DNA of 64,000 nt. Source: Phoronis australis (lineage: Eukaryota > Animalia > Phoronida). Numbering within the stretch: the stretch's first letter is position 1; each line of letters opens with the position of its first letter. The DNA lies in assembly GCA_002633005.1 (NCBI GenBank), contig NMRA01000209.1, positions 420,429 through 484,428 of the forward strand, written 5' to 3'. The position numbers and the translations under genes are program-made. Positions 13,904 through 27,317 of the stretch are shown here, piece by piece. Under the pieces are notes generated by a model. The model made no database searches. It had not been told where the DNA came from and was given only the letters and a program-made list of their open reading frames with translations.

Positions 13904-16900
13904 TGATGTTGCAAAGCAATGAATTATTACATGGGCTTCAAGCATAGCTTCCAGGGTGTACGTTGTTCCACCTTTGTATTTGATTTTTGGATGAACTTTG
14001 TTCCTTTGTTCCTCCAGAAGGGCGCATTTGTGACTTCCCTCATTTAGGCGGGATGTGCCGTTGGATTTTTGTGGCGCGACGAAAATGCGACGACCGCAAG
14101 TCTAGTGGATGCTAACTACACCTTGAATGAAATCCGCTAAAAGTTTTCTCAAAAATTTCAATTCGTTTTGAAAGTTTCCAATCTCAACACTGGTCGAACT
14201 ATCAATTGACCTATCGCAAACTTCGCCCCCTTGCGAAAAGTTACGTGACACCCGAATCGATGAGTGTTTTTTGTACTAACCGAAACGCTTTGACAAAGGC
14301 AACAGTCGATGCTTTTAAGCAGAGAATCGCACGTCCACAATGAGGGACTTTGTAAAGGCGGCGATGAAAATATAAATGTTCAAGGAAAAGGATTTCGGAG
14401 CCAGCGAAATCCCGAAGAACCCCACGGGGTTCGCCTTCATCTGACAAAAGACAAAGCCAAGGATGCGATATGTTTATGTAAAGCTGGATAAAAAAACCTA
14501 AAGTGGAATTATCTGTACGACGCCATAGATTTCGAGATTTTTCGAACAAAGTCAGTGAAGATTCATCGATATTTTTATTCTGTCGTCTGCTAAATTCCGC
14601 CAAACGAAAAGTAGGTCACAACTGGTGGAACTCCTCCAAGTTGGTAAAGTCGATGGCAATGTTAACGCTTTTCTAATCTTTGAACAAAATATTTTAGTTG
14701 ATAAATCTCAGGATCATAGCTCAAATACACACTCATCTTGTGCTAGGCAAGCAGTTAGCTCCGGTAGGTCTAGGACTGTGTCCAATTGCAAGTAAAATTG
14801 ATACATGAAATTGGCCGTAATTGCACCAATAAGACCTACCTGCTGGTGAACTTTGCATTTTTGTAATTTCATTGCATAAAGGTAGCTAGATAGATTTCAG
14901 TTTATTTTACACGTATTATGATCAATAAGCGGTGGAATGGTTGCAAAGATGACAAGTGTAGTGGCAAAAATGGCTATTTACAAAAATAACTCAAAATGTT
15001 TTTAAAGCTTTTATAAATCTAAATATCATGTTTGAACAACATCAGGATGAGCACTCACTAGTTCTACACTTAAATTGTATACCAGAGGTTCTCATCAAAA
15101 AGTTATTCAACTGTTTATTTTTTGTGGCAATAGCTCTAACGATGCTTTGAGTTCAGTAATCAGTACCACTCCCTGTGCCGATCGAATCGCTTATTTTGGA
15201 GAGAAGTTCAGTTGAACGCCAGCTTTAAGTTATATGAATAACAAAAAATGTACCACTGCTACGAAACAAAACGATGTCCATTAGGTGGAAATAAATGAAA
15301 AATAATAAAAATTCCTTAAAAGAAACAGTTAGACTAGTGCCGAGATCCAGCATTTGCCGAGACAAAGGCGACCAGACTAGTGAAACTCTGAAGTCAAAAT
15401 CAGATAGTCTTGCACTATAGCCACCAAACTGAAAAGAGCGCATCTTTGAACAAATATATTTGTGTTTGATCTTCGGGTAATTAAACAACATTGTCAAGTT
15501 CAGTTACTCGTCACGTGGCCGTTCACGCCTAGTTTACACAGTTGACAACACGATGTGGCTTAGGAGACGCCCAATAATGGCGGGATGTTCTTCTCGACCT
15601 GCATAAGGACTGCCAAGATTACATGTATACACACCTTATCAACACCGTTTCACAGTTCTTTTCGCACAATTTTGTGAGCTATAGACACGACATGCGCGTT
15701 CCAAGCCTTCAGTTTTGGGGGGTCGAATTCAAGGCCATGTGGACCTTTCACTAACAAAACAGTTGATGGACCCATAGAAAAAAGTACCGCGACCGAGCTG
15801 TACGTGCTGTGAATTGTGCGTTTGTATCTTTTCAATGGACTTTTATCTTGTTTTCTAAGACTTTTTGTTTCTCTGGGGCGATCTTTTTGCCCACTTCGCC
15901 AAATACGGGTCTCGTTCCAGCCCCCCGAGCCCCCACCCCGCGCATGCACCAAAACGTGTTTTGGTCGGGTAAAAGAGCAGCTAAGAAACGCCAACGAAGG
16001 TGTGTCAAGAATGTTGCGTTCTGATTGGCCAGTTAAGTCGTCAGTCATAATCCAAGCGATAGGTCAATTAGTAAACGAGCTCAAGTTGCTTGCCAGTAGG
16101 ATATCTTATCGCTTGAATGTGAGTCTTCAGCATGGTACGCAAGTTATTGATTTTAGTTTTCGAGGTCCTAGTCCTTCGGAGGCGTTCCCACAACGGTAAA
16201 GCCGAGCCTGTCATCGTCGCCTGTTACCGTCTGGCCAATGAGAAGTTCCAAGTAATAGGAGAGAAACACAACAGCTACTCCAGAAATAGGACTAGCATTC
16301 GTGTTCACTTTCAAAGCCAAGTATTAAGGTGCATTTATCCTCCTTTCATAATTACCTACATGTATAATTAACGGTTCACGCTGAAATCTGTTGATGGTTT
16401 CGAGTACTTTGAGTAACCCCGTTCGAGATGTACAAGGACATCACAAATCGTTGCCCTGGCAGTCTTTTTGAATTCCTTACAAACAATTTCTAGTAACGAT
16501 CTTGAAAAGAAATACTTTTTTGATACTATGGCAAAAAGTAACACTATTTTATAGTTCACCGTCTGAAATATGTTTGTGTGATTCGCAGACAGTGGTCTTC
16601 ATGTTCTTCAAACTTCCACCTTTTCAATTTCGGTTAATGCTATTGTGTTTTTCACATTTTTGGTTGTTTGGGTCAAATGTCTTGACACCGATGTACTGTG
16701 CACAAATGTTTTGTATTTGTGAAGGTTTTGGTATCTCAACTTCCCCTCGTGAATACTTGGCAGTGTCGGATTTACATGTATAGAAGACCAAATGGACAAT
16801 TCCCTGGAACCAGCCAAATGATAGAGGGTCCCGTCTGAAATAGGAGACCTTGAAAAAGAATGCCACCCGATTTAATTAGTCTGTTTTACCGTCTTAATCG

Positions 16901-17028
16901 GTCTATATCCACATAGCCTCTTATACGGTCGACCTCTCCTTGCCGAGAAGTTTCGCGCTAACCTGTGAGAAAGTTGGGAAACGTCGCAGCGACGCCAGTG
17001 GTTCTCCTGCAGAGTCAATGCCGCTATA

Positions 17029-17313
17029 TTGCGGTGCATCGTTCCCGCTTGTACGAACTATGAAGCTGCGAAGAAAGCAGGTATATCGTTTTTTCGACTT
17101 CCTCGAGAGCCCGAAATGCTTAAGAAGTGGCTCAGGGTAGCGAAGAATGAAAGCTATGCTGTAAATAGCAGGTATGAGTCCGTGAAACATCTCCGTGTCT
17201 GTGGCCGGCATTTCGTTGACAGTGAGTTCTCTGACGAATTCCGGATTACCAAAGAACTATCCATACGATCCGTTGCCTATGCATGTTCACGGCGCCTCTC
17301 TAGTACTTCTTGA
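17029..17313 (+). pseudogene. THAP zinc-finger domain, transposase N-terminal relic
   Basis: CIVPAC...FFRLPREPEMLKKWLR...LRVCGRHF matches the C2CH THAP signature with conserved P, W and F. The ATG present in copy 2 is ATA here, and no DDE domain follows. Confidence 0.82.
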
Positions 17314-17729
17314 TCAGTGTATTACGGTTCGAACGCATAGCCTGTGAAACCTGACCATCCGACCCGTGAAGTCTTCGTCGGATAAGCTTTCGACTAAGTC
17401 GGGATTGGCGGCGGGCTAGTTACCTTGTAGACGTTTATTATCCTGCGTTCTGTTTCAAAATGAATTATTTCAATCCTATTATGATCCTAGCCACTGCTTA
17501 TGTGAAACTGAAACACAGTCTGTCTCAGTAGATGCAATTTCATTGTAATGGCTTGGATTGCTCTTGAGTGCAAATGTTTTGAGAAGCCATCAATGAATAA
17601 ATCACTGCGTTACCGGCTTTTGATGCCGGCAATAAAGGTAATTGACCGGGCATCGAGGCCGTATGAGCGCATGCTAATTGAGTGTTTGCTGACAGAAGGC
17701 TGTTGTGAAACAATTACTCGATTTTATAT

Positions 17730-17988
17730 TGTTGTGAATTGATACACAGGTTCTCGTGCAGCTTACCTTTACTCATATGAAAGCGTGAATACACGCTTGA
17801 GTTGAAGACCGACAAAAGCAGACGTCCTGCGTGCAGCAGTGCCAAACGAACAGAGAGCTCTTTTGATTCCCCAGTCACGTGACAAAACTAGAACTTACAA
17901 CATCCGGCCACTTACGGAAACCCACGGACGAACACGAACACACAAGACAACACGAAAGACGAGACCACACAAACCAACATTCACAACA
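17730..17988. mobile_element. Solo LTR (259 bp) inserted in Kolobok-like copy 1
   Basis: TGTTGTGAAT...ATTCACAACA termini and ATAT TSD (17726-17729, 17989-17992). Copy 3 has a single ATAT at the equivalent site (tagcATATaaac near 55271). Confidence 0.8.
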
Positions 17989-19684
17989 ATATGCTATGGT
18001 CACTTGTTAGAAACACAAATACACTTAATGTATTTGTGTTTCTAAATAAAGATTTCCCTAACATGATCATTCAAATCAATGTTACTGTACAGCCTTTGCC
18101 CTGACTGTCTGTGGAAGGGGAACCCTACTTCGCTGCCCCCGACAAGTAAGTTAAGTTTCAGTTTCGTAGCTAATTCACATAAATAATTACATGCACATTA
18201 TTTCTTTGGCCCACTAGTATAGTCTTTTCGTGACTGGAGGTTTAGTTTCTAACTCAAGCTGATTTATGTTCGTGCCAGTCCCGTCGGCCACAACGGGCCT
18301 GATCGGGTTTCGAGCCACGGGCCTGGATAACAAGCGTTTTGTGTGTTTAGAACTCAAAAAATCACAAGTATAAACAACACAAATATAGGTTCTCCTGTCT
18401 GTAATTCATAGAAGACTACTTCGAATTTATATCCGGACAGACCCCAAACTCCTGCTACGACCGTGGTAAATTGGCCTGCCGAACTTTGTAGGCTACGGTG
18501 TGTCCAAATACCAGTAGGCCTATATCCGTAACACCGAACTAAAACAACATGTTTTTATAAGAAGTCGGTGTAATTTAAGGGTTTTACATCGAAGTTTGAT
18601 GAAGCATTAAGCTGACACCACTTACCCGTGTTGTGAACTGCTGAACAGACTGCGTGTGAAACCAATTACGTCATTGGAGAATTTCAACACCTCCGTGTGC
18701 CGTCAGGTGTCAGGTAACGCAACCGAACATGCCGTTATCGAGTAGAACTACTCGATCTAAATTGATTAAAAATGCGTTGTTTTTGGGTGGCATGCTCCAT
18801 TAAGATTAAAGGCTAGACATCATTTGGAAAAGACTAACAGTTCATTTGATCGTCGTGTGATCCTGCAAGAAGAGAGCTTGCTCAACATCAAAACCGATTG
18901 TACGATTTCATGATAAACAGGATAATAGAGGTAATGGATTCCAACACTGGGCCCTCTCTCGGTGTGCGAGCCCTTGAGAATTTGTCGATAAAACACGAAC
19001 AGGGTGGTCATTTGAATTGCATCAAAGGCCCCGTTCAAGGGCTGGGCTTTTATCTATGAAAAGATCTTTATTTTCAAAGATCAGGAAATGTGCAGGAACT
19101 GATGTTATCTATCAGGTTATCGGGTCATCAATTTGCTTAAGTAACAAACAATTTCGAGCAAAAACAACGAAAAAATACGGCAATAGTTGTCTCCATTATC
19201 CTTTGCCATAGAGATGTCTCTGGCAAAATATACTTTTGTATTTGCAGATTTGTAATATTGAATTAAAAGTTTTCTCGATTTTTCAAAATACATGTATGAA
19301 TGATTAAGGATACGTTTTGCCCTCTTTTCACGAAATCTTAGATTCAATTGGCACGCCTACAAGCCATTTCACCATGTATTTAAAGGGCTCGCGAAATCGA
19401 GGCTGTTAATCTATCACTACTAGTACACGCGCGCCCTCTAGTTAATGTAAATTTTCCGAATACCCCCATTGGCCGGGTTTCCCCTTCAGTTTCACTTTGA
19501 TGGGATTGCTTTGGGTATAACATATACGGCACTAATCCATCCAAACCTTGTTTATAAATTTCCTTAATCTTCCATTTCGAGAAATGTGTCGTAGTATTTT
19601 AACTTTGTTGTTTCTAACAAATGTAATTTTGAAATCGTGTGATTTGAAATATGTACCCCCACCGTAAGGTGCACTGTAAGTTTC

Positions 19685-20175
19685 TTTAGTTTATTTGTAT
19701 TTGTATTGAAGGTCTCTGGCCCAAATTACAATAAACAAAACAATTAATCAGGCACATTTGCACAAGCAGTCAACCCATTTAAGAGTTGTTCTCGTCTTTT
19801 AAGGGCAAAATACACATATTTAACATCAGATATATCTGGATTAGCGAGCAGGCGTATACAGGATTCTTGAGTTGGATGCCTCCATAGAACCGTGACTTCC
19901 TTCATAAAACGTGACCTAAGTTCATAATATCCCTTGCAAACCAACAGGAAATGGTATTCATCCTATACAAGACCATCATTGCAAGCCATACATAATCTAT
20001 TGTAATATTCCACTTTCTCGTGTCTATCCACTTCCACTTGTACGTAGTCTGTGGTTGGAGCAACGTAAACGAGTAAACACTTGAATAAGACTATTGTGTA
20101 GCGGTAACTTAAGATATGGTTCAAAACAGTACAGAGTCTTAGAGTTAGAGTAGAATTTAAGTTTTGCATTATGAG
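19685..20175 (-). mobile_element. 5'-truncated RTE-X-like LINE, 3' fragment
   Basis: Minus strand encodes EVDRH...RLCMACNDGLV.DEYHFLLVCKGYYELR (C-terminal CCHC). 14-bp TSD GCACTGTAAGTTTC at 19671-19684 and 20176-20189. Confidence 0.82.
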
Positions 20176-20476
20176 GCACTGTAAGTTTCCTGTGGCAACG
20201 GACTGTACGACTTGGTCACAACGATGATGTCATGTGCGTTGATTAGTACGAGCCTCACCGTAAGACATTTTTGGCGGTAAATGGAAATTCTGATGGGGTC
20301 GTACGATAGTAATTAGTTAATGTGAGGAGCGAAAGAAGGGATGATATTTTTTTAAATAATTTATTATCATTTATAAAACAGTACAAAAACAAACAAACAA
20401 ATAGGTACATCCATTCATTCATGCATGCACACCTCAGGAAAGATCGTTCTCGTATCTCGTTTAAAGTAAATAAATT

Positions 20477-21040
20477 CTACATGTATTTAACGTGAACAAC
20501 GATATTTTCCCATTTCGCAGAGAAGCTGTTATATACAAAATTTTTCAATGCAATTAATTTTTCAGCATTGTAGTACTCATAAGTATTTGTAATAAACCAG
20601 TGAAAATTAGGTATAGTTTTGTAACATCCCTCCTTGTAAATGTACTGTTTGGCTACTGGAAGCAAAATGTTAAAAAGAGAATCATGCGTCTTGTAAAATC
20701 CAAGAATAACTCGATCGTTAGAGGGATTGTTGGGAAGCTGAATGCCACACTTTTGCATTAGGTGTCGGAAATCCTTCCAGAAATCTTGTACCTTGCGACA
20801 TTCCCATAAAGGTGTGACAGCGTCTCTGGAGCTTCATTACAAAAGGAGCATAAATTAGAATCCCAAACACGGATTTTGACTAAAAAGGTTTTGTTTCAAT
20901 AATTCTTTGTACCATTCTAAATTGGAACCATCAAATGTTTGGATCCCTTATAATTTCATAAGGCAATGCGTATATTTTTTTTCCAATCTAAGCTATTCCC
21001 TAACTATATTTCTCATTTATACACTGACTTAGAAGGTTTC
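20477..21040 (-). pseudogene. C-terminal zf-RVT segment of the same L1/Tx1 ORF2
   Basis: DWKKIYALPY...FQFRMVQRI...LCSFCNEAPETLSHL..ECRKVQDFW...AKQYIYK...KWENI. Confidence 0.85.
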
Positions 21041-21044
21041 TTAA

Positions 21045-22712
21045 AGGAGCATGCCACCCAAAAAACAACGTAATTTGTATCAACTTAGATCGAGTTGTTC
21101 TACTCCATGACGGCACGTGCGGTTGCGTTACCTGACACCTGACGGCAGAAGGAGGTGTTGAAATTATACAATGACGTCATCGATTTCACACGCAGTCTGT
21201 TCAGCAGTTCTCAGCACGGGTTACTGGTGTCGGCTTATCCCTTGAAGTCATCGTTTAACACCACTAAATCATCACAATTCGATGTAAAAGCCTCAAAAAT
21301 ACACTGAGTTCTTATAAAAACGCGTTGTTTTATTTCGCTCTTACGGATTTATTGGTATTTGGACACAACGTAGCCAACAAAGTTCAGCAGGCCAATAGGA
21401 TCCGTAGCAGGAGTTTGGGGTCTGTTCGGAGATAATTTCGAAGTATTTTCCGTGATATACAGACAAGAGAACCTAGATCTGTGTCGTTTAGACTTGTGTT
21501 TTTTTTAGTTCTAAACACAAAACGCATATTATCATGGCCAGTGGCTCGGAACCCGATCAGGCCCGTCGCCGCGGCCACCCGGATTGACTCGTCATCCCGG
21601 TCAGTGGCTCGGAAACTAATCACACATCAAAAACATCAATCAGCCAAAGTTCAGTGGAAACTAAGCTTCCAGTCAAGAAAATACTATACTAGTAAGCCAA
21701 AGTAATGTGCAAGTGATTACATGTATGTTGTTGAATTAGCCACGAAACTGCAAATCTACTTACTCCTCGTAGCCGGGAATTCAAGTTTCGCTTTGGACAC
21801 AGCACCGTCAGCGCAGAAGTTGTACATTGACAATCATTATTTGTGTAATGTAAATGTAAATAAAGATTCCCCTAACACCTGGCTATGGGATGGAAATAGT
21901 GTTGTTTCACAACAGTTTCTGCCAGCAAACACTAAATTAGCATGAGCTCACACGGCCTCGGTGTCCCGTCAATAAGGTTTATTGCATCTAAGGCCGGCAA
22001 CGCAGTGATTTATTCATCATTGCTGGCTTTTCAAATCATTTGCACTCACGAACACTCCAAAAGCATTACAAATTGCATCTAATGAGGCAGACTTTGTTTC
22101 AGTTTTATATAAGTATTGGTTAAGGTGAGAATAATTGATTTTGAAACAGATTGCTCAGTAAAAGACGCCAACATGGCAACCGTCGCAAACCCGACTGATG
22201 ACGAGCTAGAGCTCATCAGTTCCGACTTACAGGCTATCAATTTGAACAGGAATACAGTGATGAAGAAATACTTGAGAAGCGCCGTGAACAAGCTCAGACA
22301 ACGGAACGTATGGAGTTATTTGGTAAGCCGGCATTCGTCAGGCACTGGCGACGTCTGCAGGCCACAGACCTGGAGATGTTTCACGGCCTCATACTTGCAA
22401 TTTACGAAGTACATTTGAATTTTCATTCTTCACTACCAAGAGCCACATCCTAAGCATTTTGGACTCTCGAGGAAGTAAAAAAAACGATATACCCGATTTC
22501 TGCACAGCTCCTTAGTTCGGACAAGCGGGAACGATGCACAGCAACATAGCGGCATTCACTCTGCATATGAACCACTGACGTCGCTAGAGTCACCTTCCTC
22601 ACTGGTTAACGAGACACCTCTTGGCAAGGTAAGGTCTACGGTATGCGAGGCAATGTGGATATAGACCAATTAAAACGTCAAAAAGACTAATTAAATCGGG
22701 TGGCACTCTCCT
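21045..22712 (-). mobile_element. Kolobok-like THAP element, copy 2 (inverted relative to copy 1)
   Basis: TTAA|AGGAGCATGCCACCC ... GGGTGGCACTCTCCT|TTAA, with TSD at 21041-21044 and 22713-22716. THAP relic MLLCIVPACPN on the minus strand near 22545. Confidence 0.85.
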
Positions 22713-24199
22713 TTAACGTCATTAAAAACTGAACAAATATGTTACTCTACAACTTTTCAAATCTTTCCGTGAGTGATTGCTAAAGGCATGTAAGTAGAGT
22801 AGACATTAAGAGTGACTCCATATAAAAACCAACAGGTAGAGTCTATATCCAAAATCACCGATTTTTTTTAAACTTAGCACATGAGTTTGGTTTGTTGAGA
22901 TGTAGAAAAACCCCACTTTTTAAGATTTTTCATTCATTATTTTTCTTTTTATGACCTGTACCTCCATTTTGCAACAAAATTGGGCGTCGAAGAAGGCATG
23001 TTTGAATGCATTTTACTAGCATGTGTGGTAAGATCAAAACGAATGAATAATAAGAATGGAAAGGCCAATGGCTGAATAATTTAATGACATAACTTTCAAA
23101 ATCCATTTTTAAATTTGTACGTTTTGAATTTGTGAGGCAAAAACGGCAATTTTCAGGTTTTCACTGAAGACATTTTCGGCCAAATTTGTCACTCTGTAGC
23201 AGCCATAACGCACCTTTCCTGAAATTGACTTTATATAATAATTTGTTCAGTCATTCCTAACCTGTTCATAATCTAAAATAAAAAAATTATCCTCTAATGT
23301 AGTTTTTGCGTACGAAGCATTACACGAACTGCACTGCGTCCTTTTGCATGTTCTCAGTTGCCTCTGCTGCCAATAGGGGGCTCTTGGAACATATAATAAG
23401 CTTGCGAAACACGACATAAAAACCTAAGTATTTTGCAGAAAAGGCAGACAGCATTATTAATTACCATTCTCTGAAAACGGCATTGATGATTATTGCTTAT
23501 TACAAGAAATATGTACGCAAATCAACTGGCAAGCGTGCTTATAAATGATAGATGGCGCTGCTTTTGTTTACGTGGAGACTGAAGAGCATCTAGAATAAGA
23601 GCAGTAACACGAGGACCTTGCTATAATTCATGACTTCGCGAGATATTTCCCTGCATTTTAAATGAGAATACGTGGTTTTGGATAGATTTTAGAGAGGTTC
23701 ATGTGTTACTGAACTCACCCCTGCCTTATTTTCTATCTGCCTTGTTCGTGCCACAGGCAAAGGAAGGCACCCAAAGTGGATATGGCCCCCTAGTGTTCAA
23801 TGCAAAAAAATCCTTCAACTTGTCAATGGTCATTGTAACTTTGGGTTCATATTGCAATGTCCCTGCTGATTGCTTCAAATTTTAGTCTCCAAAATCTGGT
23901 GTTCCCCCACACATCGGGCACCTTAACGCTGAATATTTCTGCCAGGGTGATCATCAGTGGTATAAAAAGGTACACATTCACAGTCAATAGAAAATAATTC
24001 ACGAGATACAATTTTATTAATGACTCACTAATGGCAGACATGAAGTAAACAGAAGTAACGGTCTCGACTTCATATATCACACATCGTGGTATGCTACAAA
24101 CTTAGGCTAAACGTTGAGCTCATTTACCACTTCATTCAATAAATCTGACGACATAACAGCATCTTCAGCAGAAATAGCATCGTAATAAACATTGCTGCA

Positions 24200-25138
24200 G
24201 ACAACCTCGAAAAAATCCACCATTCTGCGATTCACTTAACGTAACATGTAAACACTTTCCCAGTGGGTTCTCGTAATGTTTTCTCCATTTTGGCACTTCC
24301 GAGGGTGAACGTTTTTACCTGATTTATCTCCTTCATCGAATATGTTCGTCAGAAAGTTCTTAACCTTTGCTGAAAATCTTGTTGACATTTTACCTTTTTC
24401 AATGCCTAACCTATTGCTTCAGCATTCGTCTCATCCACACTGTACTCTGAGGCTGCCTCAAATGACGCTCCGTTTCTTGCATCTGAGAGCATTTCTGACC
24501 ACTTTCGTGCGATGTGGTCATACGTGGTTTCCCTCTGTAAATTTTTAGTGTGGTTACCCACATCCAAATGCTGACCTAGTTCTGCGTCTGTAGCAAAAAT
24601 TTCGAGTAACCTTGCTGGGTACAGGGGAACTTTTGCTGAGGCTCTTCACTAGATACAATGACAACCTTAATTCCTGGTGTTGAAAATCCGCCATGTCAAG
24701 AGATGTTAGTGTATTTTAGAGAAATATGTTTCCCATTTTCTCAGTATTTGTAAGAAGTTACCGTCACCTACATGGAATGATTTCCAAACGCGAATTCCTT
24801 GGGTGGAATAGTGGGAATGTGAGAATGTGCTTATACCAGGAACTGAGTATTTTGGAAAAGACTTTGTTGCATCGACTGAACATGCATCCCTTCACACGGC
24901 CACTGGAAAGTAATGCTTCTTTCAAATTCAGAAAGTTTATGATATTGTTACCTTCTGCTACCAAGTACTTTGCATGTTGTTTGAGTGGAGCGATCATGCG
25001 ATCACAGAGATCCTTTCCATTCTGACTTTCACTTAAGTCATATCTCGAAACAGAAATGCCGGTAGAATTTGGCAAGGCTGCTACGTTCAGGAGGAGAGAA
25101 GCAGAGTGGTAACATCTAGCATTACCTGTCTCTCCCAT
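24200..25138 (-). pseudogene. DDD/E-type transposase relic (Sola3-like)
   Basis: NARCYHSASLLL...RYDLSESQNGKDLCDRMIAPLK, then HLDVGNH...TTYDHIARKW and RFSAKVKNFLTNIFDEGDKSGK in shifted frames. Confidence 0.6.
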
Positions 25139-25437
25139 GACTGGTCCTGTTCAGTCAGAAATTCACCGACTCTGGGTAGTACGAGTCCGTACTCTGGCAC
25201 AGGCCTTGCTTTGTGAGGTACTTTCCTGTATCTCAAATGTTCAGTGGTGTCTTTGACATAACTCATTAAAGCACAAAGCTTTTGTGATCGGATTTTATGC
25301 AGAATAAACTCTAAAGGAATATGAAGACACATCGTCCGCCATTTTGTCTCTTTCATGCTATGAACATTCCCACTAAATAAGATTGGTTCTAAACCCAGTG
25401 GTTAAGGTAAACGGTGGGGTATGGAAAATTGAACTAG

Positions 25438-26355
25438 ACCGTATTTATCCACCTTGGCTGAGTCGTGCTCGGCTCACGATCAAAGGGAAGCCGCCAAGCT
25501 GCTCTAGTCATCGAGTCACGAGCGAGGATAATTGGCTTCGCTCATGCGGATATGATCAGCTGATTACAATCTAGCTAGCAGACTGTACTTTTTATGGAGA
25601 GAGTTTTANNNNNNNNNNNNNNNNNNNNNNNNNNNNNNNNNNNNNNNNNNNNNNNNNNNNNNNNNNNNNNNNNNNNNNNNNNNNNNNNNNNNNNNNNNNN
25701 NNNNNNNNNNNNNNNNNNNNNNNNNNNNNNNNNNNNNNNNNNNNNNNNNNNNNNNNNNNNNNNNNNNNNNNNNNNNNNNNNNNNNNNNNNNNNNNNNNNN
25801 NNNNNNNNNNNNNNNNNNNNNNNNNNNNNNNNNNNNNNNNNNNNNNNNNNNNNNNNNNNNNNNNNNNNNNNNNNNNNNNNNNNNNNNNNNNNNNNNNNNN
25901 NNNNNNNNNNNNNNNNNNNNNNNNNNNNNNNNNNNNNNNNNNNNNNNNNNNNNNNNNNNNNNNNNNNNNNNNNNNNNNNNNNNNNNNNNNNNNNNNNNNN
26001 NNNNNNNNNNNNNNNNNNNNNNNNNNNNNNNNNNNNNNNNNNNNNNNNNNNNNNNNNNNNNNNNNNNNNNNNNNNNNNNNNNNNNNNNNNNNNNNNNNNN
26101 NNNNNNNNNNNNNNNNNNNNNNNNNNNNNNNNNNGTTTGTTTGAGCCAATACAGTATACAGCTTTTCACCAAGGCTAGGTGATGCAAGACATTATTCTTT
26201 GTTGCATTATAGTAACTGGTCTTGGCTAATTATCATTTTATGGCCTGGTCATCCATTCAGCCAAAAGTAGTTCCAGAGGTGGCTTACCAGCCAATTATTC
26301 ACGCATGCTGACTCACAATAGAAGCCTGATAAGAGTGAAGGTGGATAAATGCGGT
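25438..26355. mobile_element. MITE-like insertion inside the Sola3-like element, spanning the gap
   Basis: 18-bp inverted repeat ACCGTATTTATCCACCTT / AAGGTGGATAAATGCGGT (1 mismatch). Confidence 0.55.
25609..26134. other. Assembly gap (526 N)
   Basis: Run of N. Confidence 1.
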
Positions 26356-27317
26356 GTTCCTAAAGTTTCTTGTTTTAGTGGATGTGTTCACGACATGTAA
26401 AATGCACTTGCTTCTCTCAAAACCAGTCATTACAAATATCAATTCTTACTCCTTTAATGTTAAAGGCATTTATTTCCATTTAAAAGTTCTACAGAGTGTT
26501 TAAATTCACCTGATAATGTAAAAGAAATGAAAGAATACAAGAGGGTTACACGTACATTTTTTATATATCCTTATGGTTAACCTCAACTGAATCCCTCAAC
26601 TGGAAAAAGGTCATCGGGTTCAGTTTTGATACTAGCCGCGTAATAAACCAAGAAAACATCTTGTTTTCATTTGAAAGAGTTTAGACTTGGTTTCTATAAC
26701 TATTTAAAGCAGACTTCTTGCCTTAAAGTTTGTTCATATGGTCTGTAAACTCTGCTCGTCATTTCCAAACTATGAAAATAGACAGTTTTGCAAGACAATT
26801 TTCACTAAAGTGCAAAGTTGAGGCAAGATTTCTTATTGCTTAGTCATCAAGACTAACTCTTTAACTGTATGTTCAAAACGTCACATAAGTCTACAAGGTG
26901 TTTTATGGTAGTAAGAAGGTCACAAAAATGGTCACTAAAATTAGCCCCAAAAAGTGGTCTGTGTATTATCTCCGCTGTCTAGCACAAAACTGTTAGATTT
27001 TAATAAATGACACAGAATTATGCTCAGCATACGTTGGTTATTTCAGCCACCAAAATATAGTTTTTGATCTATCGTGTATGTTAGTCATTTTTGTTGCTGA
27101 AAACATGCGATTTTTGAGACGGCTAATATGACCAATTGTGCCAATTTGTATTATCATGCTCCAGCGGCGAAATTAGGGGTCATTGAGTGCACAAAATTTA
27201 GCATTTGGGTTTTTGTTAGGATACCTACCCATGTACAAAAAATGAAGTTGTTTTAAATTTTGACGTATAGCATGATTTTTTGAAAATCTACTGGTTTTTA
27301 TATGGACCGCCTCTTAA

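Larger units (their letters stand above)
16854..18799 (+). mobile_element. Kolobok-like non-autonomous DNA transposon with THAP relic, copy 1
   Basis: TIRs of about 15 bp (aaaagaatgccaccc / gggtggcatgctcca), flanks TTGA and TTAA. Homologous along its length to 21045-22712 and 54480-56013, and carries a THAP ORF. Confidence 0.75.
22810..27313 (-). mobile_element. Sola3-like DNA transposon with degenerate transposase
   Basis: TTAA|GAGTGACTCCATATAAAAACCA ... TGGTTTTTATATGGACCGCCTC|TTAA. GAG...CTC termini with a TTAA TSD are diagnostic of Sola3. The host LINE is colinear on both sides. The element spans the N gap. Confidence 0.7.

Noticed and set aside
14000-16800. ORFs of 90-130 aa on both strands and repeat-like tracts
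   Set aside because: No recognisable domains, splice structure or paired termini.
25592-26187. Three long ORFs in the ORF track
   Set aside because: Artefacts of the N gap.
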